Positions 55,010 to 64,000 of a stretch of 64,000 nucleotides of DNA are shown here, piece after piece. The stretch is from Rotaria socialis (taxonomy: Eukaryota). The DNA lies in contig CAJNYD010000322.1 of assembly GCA_905331295.1 (NCBI GenBank), positions 124,001 through 188,000 of the forward strand, read 5' to 3'. The notes below the pieces were generated by a model that was given only the letters and a program-made list of their open reading frames with translations, was not told the DNA's origin and ran no database searches. The number at the start of each line of letters is the position of its first letter. The first letter of the stretch is position 1. Made by a program: the position numbers and the translations under genes.

Positions 55010-56662
55010 ATGAAACAAATATCGTCATTGATTGATCTTTCAAATGATTTATTCTTTGAAATATTTGACTATCTCGATGTATTCGATTTATTTCAAGCAT
55101 TTTTTGATTTGAATCAACGTCTCAATTCCTTAGTTATTGACCAACATAATTGTTTTCAAGCAAATATGACATCGTTGAAATTATATGAATTCTCTATATA
55201 TAGAAATGTTATATTACCGAAAATTGCTGGTTATATTCGTTATTTATCTATATCAGATGAAACAAATTATTTAAAAATAATTCTTCGTTCAATGTCATTA
55301 ACAAACTTGTTAGCTGTTAGATTATATCATGTTAAATTAAATGAGTTAACATTAATACTTAAACATTGCCAATTAAAATATATTTTTATTGATACGAAAT
55401 ATATTCAAAATGAAAAACATTTGAATGACATATTTAATATTGTCTTTAATCAACAGTTACAACTATGTTCAATGCAATGTCATTTCCATACAAATCTAAA
55501 TTTTCTTCAAGAAAAAAATAAATTAAGTAAACTTCGGCGTCTCATCATCAATTGTGATTGTTCTTCAAGTGATTTTATTTAGGATTATTCAGATAAGATA
55601 TCGGTAAAATAAATAGATCAGACTCTCTATTAGATATCACTTCTTAGGCAAACTTAAAATGAACAAAAACCATCTTCTTCGAAAAACTTCAAATTTTCTT
55701 TCATTTCTGATTCTGATAAAGTGTTGTTGTTTAAAAAGCTACAGATCTAATTAACATATGCATAGAAAATATTAGTCAGTAGAAAGCTTAAATTTATCTA
55801 TTCTAATATTAAGTCTATACTAGATATCCTTATTGTATTATTCGATCGATCATCTATTTGTCATATACCGACAAAATCAGATTTCCCTTTCCATTTTTAG
55901 GATTGTGTATAGATGAATGTAGGCTTTAAAAGAAAAGTTACGCATGTCGTTCGAATATAAAAATGGTCCTTGAGAAAAAAGTTAGGAATCCTAATGTTCT
56001 TTTTACGGTCTTGCATGTGCTGACAAATGTGTATTATCTCTTTATGTGATACTAGATATTGAACAGGTGTGATTTCGAAAAACCGCGAATCTATCTCATC
56101 GTTAGTGGGTATTGAATGGACTTATTAAGCTTTAGTCTTAATCCTATGTTGCCAAAATATCCCAATTAGTTATTTGTGAAAGATTTCACTGGCAATCATC
56201 TATAATAGTATCTACAACAACGACAACAACAACAAAAGAAAGAGACACAAGTAGTTCGTATTTTCGGTAAGAACGAATCGATTTGTATCTAAACGAAAAA
56301 CAAAAATGGATTTAATGTCATCTCTGTTAGAAATACCAGAGAATGTCTTTCATGAACATCTTCCTATTTTGATTGGTCAACTACAAGAATTACGTCATAT
56401 AAGTGCGCGTCTTAACGATCGTAATCGTGAATATATGGATAAAGATATTGATTATCGAACTCAAAATGAATCTCTTCGTTCACTTATTCTTTACATTGAA
56501 AATGTGGAACTTGATCGTTTATTATTAATATTTTTATTAATGATAAATGTTCATGTAGTTGAATTGAATGGTACAATTGATTTTGACATTAATTATTTAC
56601 TAGAGCTCGAACGAAATTATACATCATTTCGATGTAATATCGAGTATTATCTCACATTTTAG
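55010..56662 (+). CDS. F-box/LRR-like protein in two same-frame segments (55010-55582, 56306-56662) separated by an insertion or intron; may be disrupted or fused to PIGO
   Basis: N-terminal F-box pattern LIDLSNDLFFEIFDYLDVFDLFQAFFDLNQRLNSLV, then LRR-like LxxLxI units that continue in the second ORF ([20 protein letters not shown]). Confidence 0.7.
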
Positions 56663-56683
56663 CCTATTTTGTTTTTTCTAGAT

Positions 56684-59431
56684 ATGAATTATAAATTACT
56701 ATCGCTTAGTGTACTGTATATCATTGGTCTGATTTTTTTTCTCAATGGATTTTTATTAACACGTCGTGTTATTTTACAAAATACTATTGGTACTATTCCA
56801 TTATCCGTACCCATTGAATTCAATCAAGTGATCTTGATTGTCATCGATGCACTTCGTTATGATTTTATTAAACCAAATAATAGTTCAATAAGTAATAATT
56901 ATTTAAATCAAATGCCATTTATCAAAGAATTACTTGAGACACAATCTAAACAATCAGTTCTTTTAAAACTAATTGCCGATCCACCAACAACAACACTTCA
57001 ACGTTTAAAAGCATTAACAACTGGTACATTGCCAACATTTATTGATGTATCATATAATTTTATTGGTTACGAAATTGAAGAAGATAATATTTTAAATCAA
57101 TTAAAAAATATTCCTTACCAAAGAAATATTTCATTATTAGGTGATGATACATGGTTAGCACTTTATTCAAATATAAAATTTAAACATTTACATGTTTATT
57201 CATCGTTTGATGTTCATGATTTAGATACAGTTGATAATGGTATTCTTGAACATTTATGGGCAGTTATGGAAGATACTCGACATGAGCAACTATCGTTTAT
57301 TGTTGCTCATTTTTTAGGTAAACAAAGTCTTATTTAAGCAATTCGATCATAGGATAGTGTGCTCGTTTTTCTTTCTATTCTATACTTGTTTGTTTCAATA
57401 CAATATATAGTAATGTCAAAACTCATCATAATTTGTGATCGAAAAAATATTTAGACAATACGTGTATATATATCTATATATAGCCATACTGTTTTTAGTC
57501 CTATGGCGACGTCTTAAGAATCAAAATTTTGTATTATATTGAAAAAAGAACATAGACATGTTTTTGATCAATATACTATATTGAGAATTTATTTTCGAAA
57601 AAAAAACTGCAATTGGATTGCAAATAAGTTTCTGTTTATGAGAAGAAAAATATTTGACGTCAATAAGTACATTATATGTTTTTGAGAATTTTTAAGTGTA
57701 AAAAGCTTCAATATTGTTTCAATTTTTATTTTTTCTAACTTTTTATTAGGTGTTGATCATTGTGGTCATCGATATGGTCCATATCACATTGAAATGAAAC
57801 GTAAATTGAATCAAATGAATGATGTTATTCGAAATATAACATTATCGTTTAATAAATCAAATTCACCATCTCTTCTAATGGTTATCGGTGATCATGGTAT
57901 GACACAACAGGGTGATCATGGTGGAGATGAATTGAATGAAATTGAAACAGCTATGTTCATATATACAAATAAACCTAATTATTTTTCATTATCGGAACAA
58001 AGCGAAAAATCCGTTTCACAAATAGATCTTGTACCAACACTTTCTTGGTTTCTTCATACATTGATACCGTTTTCAAGCTTAGGTATGATGATTGTTGACA
58101 TAATACCTTTAGAACAACGATATAGTGCAATGAAATTAAATTTTGAACAAATTGAAATTTACTTACAACATACTTCATTTACACTTTCATTATCCGATAA
58201 ATTACAAGAATTACGTGCTAATTTACGTACTATATTTATATCATTTGACAGGGAAAGAAATTTAACTGCAATAGAAAATTTATTTAAAGAATTTAAATTT
58301 GAATTACAAACACATTGTCGTCGTCAATGGTCAACATTCAACATATTTCGGATTATAATTGGTCTATTTTTAATGGTATTATCATGTTTATTGTTTGTAT
58401 GGATTTATTTGAAATTATTTACAATGTCAATTAATTACGGAAATATAATTTTTAATGTTATTCTTGCTCTCATGTATTGTATGATATCATTTTCAAATAG
58501 TTTCATTATAAATGAAGCAATGTGTCTCAATTTTCTTCTTCAAACAATTGTATTAATAAGTAAAATGAAAATATTGCAAAAATTTCTTCTTTCTTTTTTA
58601 TTATTCTTAACTCGAACATTTCTAATTTGTCGTGAAGAACAGCAACCTTATTGTATTGATCCAATATGGCTTGTTTCGAAGTTCTCAGATACTTCTGATT
58701 ATTTTCTTCCATTGATGAGTGCAATTGCTTGGTTGATTATTCTTTTTATAACATGTAATTATTCTTATTTCTTACCTTATATATCATATGCAGCTGTAGT
58801 TGGTTATTGGTTAAATATTCCTCATACATTATCAATATTTTATTTGAGTATTCTCATTCAGATTTGCGTTGTTTTGTTAAAACCAAATCACTTTGATAGA
58901 TTAATTTATTCGATTCTTATATTTGTTGTTGGTTATCGTTTTTCATTTGTGATATTTCTTCAATATTTTATTTATTATATCATTTTTAATGATAATCATC
59001 GATCCTATTCATTAATTTTATCTATATTAGCTGATTACTTTTTTTATGCCACCGGTCATCAACCAGTTCTATCACAAATACGTTGGACAGCAGCATTTCC
59101 AACAATAAATTCATCCATGAATATTTATCTTTCATTAATTGTTAATTCATTATTCGTACGTGGAATATTTATTCTCGTGGAAACATTTTCCGGTCAGATA
59201 TTAAATATAATTTTTATTCGAAAAATGCTTCAAAAGAAATATCATGAAGAATTATTACGGAATATTTTAATTATTGATTGTTTTAAGTTAATGATAACAT
59301 CATTTAGTGTATTTATATTGAGACGGCATTTAATGTTATGGAAAATATTTTGTCCAAGATTTTTATTTCAACTTGTAGGACTTTTTATTAAATGGCTATT
59401 CGCTCTTTTGACACTTAAACTTGAAATATGA
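56684..59431 (+). CDS. PIGO: GPI ethanolamine phosphate transferase 3 (exons 56684-57317, 57750-59431)
   Basis: IDALRYDF, ADPPTTTLQRLKALTTGTLPTFID, GDDTW, FDVHDLDTVD, HFLG|VDHCGH, GDHGMT..GDHGG, QIDLVPTL, FFYATGHQP, RRHLMLWKIFCPRFLF; multi-TM C-terminus. Confidence 0.93.
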
Positions 59432-59445
59432 ACATTGTTATTTTC

Positions 59446-59483
59446 TTCTAACTCATCTTTTCTTTTCTCATTCGTTTTTCTAG
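59446..59483 (+). promoter_or_regulatory. Strong 3' splice site between PIGO and AP2S1 (candidate SL trans-splice acceptor)
   Basis: ctaac branch point at 59448, a long pyrimidine tract, AG at 59482-59483, 27 nt upstream of the AP2S1 ATG. Confidence 0.6.
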
Positions 59484-59510
59484 ATCATTTGAATTTTATT
59501 CAAAGTAATT

Positions 59511-60756
59511 ATGATTCGATTCATTCTTATTCAAAATCGAGCTGGAAAAACACGTTTGGCTAAATGGTATGCACATATAAACATATTTCTACTACTTTTC
59601 ATAGGATTAGTTTTTTATATTTTGAACTAGTTCATAATCTTAGTCAGTTGAGTGCCTTAGCAATTGAACTTTGCAACTCATACGTATTTCGTTAATCTTC
59701 TTATATCAAGACGAGAATAATAAGATTATTTACAAACATATTTAAAAAAAATACATTTTAATGAAGGCTGTAAACTAGTTTATATCTTGTTTTTAATGTG
59801 TATCAGACATTTTCTCCATTTCTTAGGAAATTTATGAACAATGACTGATATCTTTTGACATTAGTTGCTAAATGAAAATATGTATGCAATGAACTTTGTT
59901 TGAGCCTGTTAGGAGAGAAGACAGTCACAAAATTTCGAATTAATTACCAATATTCACTATTTTCTTACAAAAATATTTGTTAAACGAAAACAACTAAATA
60001 GTTTAAATTTCTTCAGTTCTAAACTTACAATAAATTATATGCTTTTATTTTGTACAGAAAAAAGTATACTACTATAATTAATACCTTGTCTAGAGATTAT
60101 TATATATAATTGAAAATGGAATGTATATGTTCGTAGGTTCATGAACTTTCATGATGATGAAAAACAAAAATTAATTGAAGAAGTTCATGCTTTGGTTACT
60201 GTACGTGATGCTAAACATACAAAGTACGTGAAAAATATCTTTCTCTTCTACTAAATTCTGTTATTTTTCTTTTTTTCTTATTAATTTAGTTTTGTCGAGG
60301 TATGACTTATGTGTTTACATCCATAATGATTCGTAATAACATTAATCTTTTTATTTTAGTTTCGTAATTTCAAAATAGTTTATCGTCGTTATGCTGGTTT
60401 ATACTTTTGTATTTGTGTAGATGTTAATGATAATAATTTAGCTTATCTTGAAGCAATACATAATTTTGTTGAAGTTCTCAATGAGTAAGATAAATATTAC
60501 AAAAAAAAATATAATTTATTTAATGTTTTTATTCTTACGAAAAGATTCTTCCACAATGTATGCGAACTTGATTTAGTCTTCAATTTTTATAAAGTAAAGT
60601 TTTTTTAAATTTTTATAATCGCCGGTAGTAATTATTAAAATATTGTATTTTAAGGTTTACTCAGTAGTCGATGAGATGTTTCTTGCTGGCGAAATACGAG
60701 AAACGAGTCAAATTAAAGTGTTAAAACAACTTACGACATTAACATCACTTGAATGA
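59511..60756 (+). CDS. AP2S1: AP-2 complex subunit sigma (6 exons; absent from the ORF track)
   Basis: Manual splicing gives [142 protein letters not shown]. Confidence 0.97.
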
Positions 60757-61515
60757 TGAATTTTGCTTGAACTAAAACAAATATCTTATTCCATTTTATA
60801 CATATTTATCATAAAATCGAGTAGTCGTCATTCCGATCAAACCCACCTATAGATATTCACATTGATTTTTTATTTCTCAATCATATTTTGATCTTTATGT
60901 GCAATCGATTATGTTGTCTTGTATTTAAAAATAAAATAAAATAAAATGAAATGTATTTTATTTTCTATTTTTCAAGGTTAACGATCTGCTTATCGATGAG
61001 TCAAACGAGAAATTAATTCATAATTAAAAATACTAAATTTGATTTCGATCCATAAGAAGCATCGTGAACATCATGATTTCCAATAATAATGATGTCAATG
61101 AAACTATGGGTTCTTCGTTAAATATATATATTTACTTGTTGTAACATAACATGTTAGAGCACCGCTGAATGATGACTTCTAATCAATTAATAAAAGTATT
61201 TGTTTTGAATTATTTTCGAAAAACATTTCTATAAAAATGAAGTTATAAATGAATATTACAATTAGATAGAACAAAATGTATGTTGACAAGAGAGAATTTT
61301 TGACAGAACTATTTTGATTTCTTCTAGTTCTGATAGTATTTCTGTATACGATTAGAATTTGAAAATTATATTTATTTCGTAGCAAAAATATAATTGTACT
61401 AATTCTTTTATTTTGCTTCTTCTAGACTAAAATTATTGTTTCATATCATAGTATTCTTTTACTAATATTATGATTTTATTTCATGAATGTAAAATTTCAT
61501 CCAAGACAAATTATT

Positions 61516-63659
61516 ATGACTGACAAAAATATGCGTCGATTCCAAACAGCTCTCTTGTTAATTACAAATCCAATCCGTTCTCGTATTCCATTTATTCTTT
61601 CTGCCGTTATACCTTATGTTGAAAGAAATCTTTATGTTATTATTGAAAATCCAAATTTTCAATCCTCGTCATCATCATTAGCATCGTCATCTGAGAAGCT
61701 CTTCGATCGAGAACAACAGAAGCAACGCATACGTCCTTTGTTACATGCTATTTATAAACAATTGTCAGCAACAAAAAATCCTTCAGTTAATATTCTTCTT
61801 CATAATGTTGATTCAGTAATAAAATCTACGAATCCTCTTCAATTACCTCGTACATGTGAAGCAGTTTTTGCTGATTGCTCATCTTCGACAGGATTATATG
61901 AGTATTGTCGAGATCATTTTCATCGGTTAGATCAAAATTTTGAACTTCGAATTATTGATGAAAAAGAAGCAAAGGAAGATCAATTCATTGATAATTTGTC
62001 TACATGTGATAATGATTTATTTAGTACGAAATGTACCAGTCGATATAATCGAGGAGTTTTGGGTGGTAAGTAGGAATTATTTATCAATGCTACATCTATT
62101 GTTGTTACTTTTAGGTACATTTGATAGATTACATAATGGTCACAAACTATTATTGACTGAAAGTGCATTACTCTGTGATGAGAAAATTGTTGTTGGTGTA
62201 ACCGATGGTGTCATGATAGAAAACAAAGTAATTTTTCTTGAAACATTGTTGTAATCATCTAGTTAAAATGAAAATTCATTTAATTTGAAATCAACAATAA
62301 AGCGCTTCTGAATTATTGTGACATATCACAGGTTCTTAATGTATTGTATTTATTTAGGTTTTAGCTGAAGTCATTGAATCAGTTACTGATCGTATGTCAA
62401 ATGTTCGATCATTTGTTGGCCTCATTCGACCTAGCATATTTGTACACTGTGAACCAATTGAAGATCCATGTGGTCCATCAACCACAATGGCAGATTTAAA
62501 TGTAAGGTTCTTTAAAAACAGCATTTCTAATTTGTTTATTGATGAAAATATGATTATTCAGTGTATTATTGTGACTGATGAAACAAAACAAGGTGCTTTG
62601 CAAGTGAATAAAGAGAGACAAGATAATGGCTTAAGCCTAATAGATGTACATGTCGTACCTATGGTTCCACCTGATGATCATAATCAAGACGGAGATAAGA
62701 AATTAAGTTCAACTTCACTTCGACGAGAAATTCTTGGTATCCTTCTTAAACCACCTTTGGTAATTATCAATATTTTTAATTTAACAATGGCATTTTCGAA
62801 GTCTTTTTTTCATGATTATAGAAATGTGTTGAATCTAATCAACCCTATATCATTGGTCTTACTGGTGGTATAGGCTCTGGAAAATCAAGTATTGGTCGTC
62901 GGTTACAAAAACTAGGTGCTTCCATTATTGATTGTGATAAATTAGGCATGTATTTGATTTTTCTAATACTTCAAAAAAATGTTTTCATGCCAAAAAAATA
63001 TCTCATTTTAACTTATATATACAGGTCATGAAACGTATAAGGTGGATACTGAGGTTTATAAACAGATAATCGTAACATTTGGTGAAGATATTATTAATTC
63101 TACGGATCGATCCATTGATAGAAAACTACTTGGTAAAAAAGTTTTTCAATCATCTAATGAACTTAAGAAACTAACAGATATTGTTTGGCCTGCTATTTTA
63201 AATCTGGCAAGAGAACGCATTGATTGTTTATTTGAAGAAGGTAATAAGGAAAAATTTTTGTTTTATTTTTCAAAAAAACCTCTCTTTAGGTAAACGTATT
63301 ATTTTTCTTGATGCAGCTATATTGATTGAAGCAAAATGGACTGTTGCTGTAAATGAAATATGGGTTGCATCTATCCCTCCAAAAGAAGTAAGTGTTTTCT
63401 GTTTCTATGAGATGTATATTCATTTATCTATTGTTATATTTATTTTCTTCAGGCTATTCGACGTGTTGTTGAACGTGATCGAATATCGATAGAGGAAGCA
63501 AAACGTCGTTTGAGTGCTCAAATATCAAATCAAGAACGTTTTTCATATGCTAATGTTCTTTTTTGTACTTATTGGGCAGAAAGTGTTACTCAGAAACAAG
63601 TTGAGCATGCTTGGAATCTTCTGTTGCAACGTATTAACGGTGATAGTCCATCATTTTAA
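61516..63659 (+). CDS. COASY: Bifunctional coenzyme A synthase (PPAT + dephospho-CoA kinase)
   Basis: [12 protein letters not shown] (HxGH), [23 protein letters not shown]-loop [49 protein letters not shown]; stop TAA 63657-63659. An alternative in-frame ATG lies at 61483. Confidence 0.93.
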
Positions 63660-64000
63660 TATGATTTTCTCTAGCTCTTCTATATTCGTAGGGCTTTTTT
63701 TCTTCTATCGTGATCGCTATAATTTTGTTTTTGTAATCAATTATTTGGGAATAGAAAAATAGATTTTAGATACTATCCTAAAACAATCAGTAACGTGATT
63801 TTGTTTATATTGAATATTTTCTGATGCAAACATTTAGAATGTAAGGGGTTCACCTGATAGGGACACCAATAGGTGTTTATTAATAAAACTGTAACATCTT
63901 AAATATCATATATGAGCCATTACACTTAATCAACGACCGAAGCTGCTAAATCGATACTCTCCGATTCGTCTCATTTAAACGTATGTGATACAGGCAAGTG

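Overview
AT-rich eukaryotic (metazoan) genomic DNA with many short GT-AG introns of about 45-80 nt. The intron style and gene families suggest a bdelloid rotifer, but this is an inference. Eleven protein-coding loci, in order: an L27 + 11-PDZ MPDZ/PATJ-like scaffold (+), an Hv1 proton channel (+), UTP20 (+), a PARP14-like macro-WWE-ART (-), fascin (+), an intronless type II membrane DUF7164-like protein (-), and a tight co-directional + strand cluster of a Zn-finger protein, an F-box/LRR protein, PIGO, AP2S1 and COASY. The cluster has stop-to-start gaps as small as 21 and 79 nt, and strong 3' splice sites sit just before the ATGs, which looks like an SL trans-spliced operon. The F-box ORF can also be joined in frame to PIGO by a 48-nt GT-AG intron. 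The 19-27 kb region holds many non-autonomous DNA transposons: hAT-type MITEs with 8-bp TSDs, CCC..GGG elements with 2-bp TSDs, and a nested three-element structure. A Helentron/DINE-1-like element lies in a fascin intron. No rRNA, tRNA, CRISPR or transposase gene was recognised. One poly-C/N run is probably an assembly artefact.
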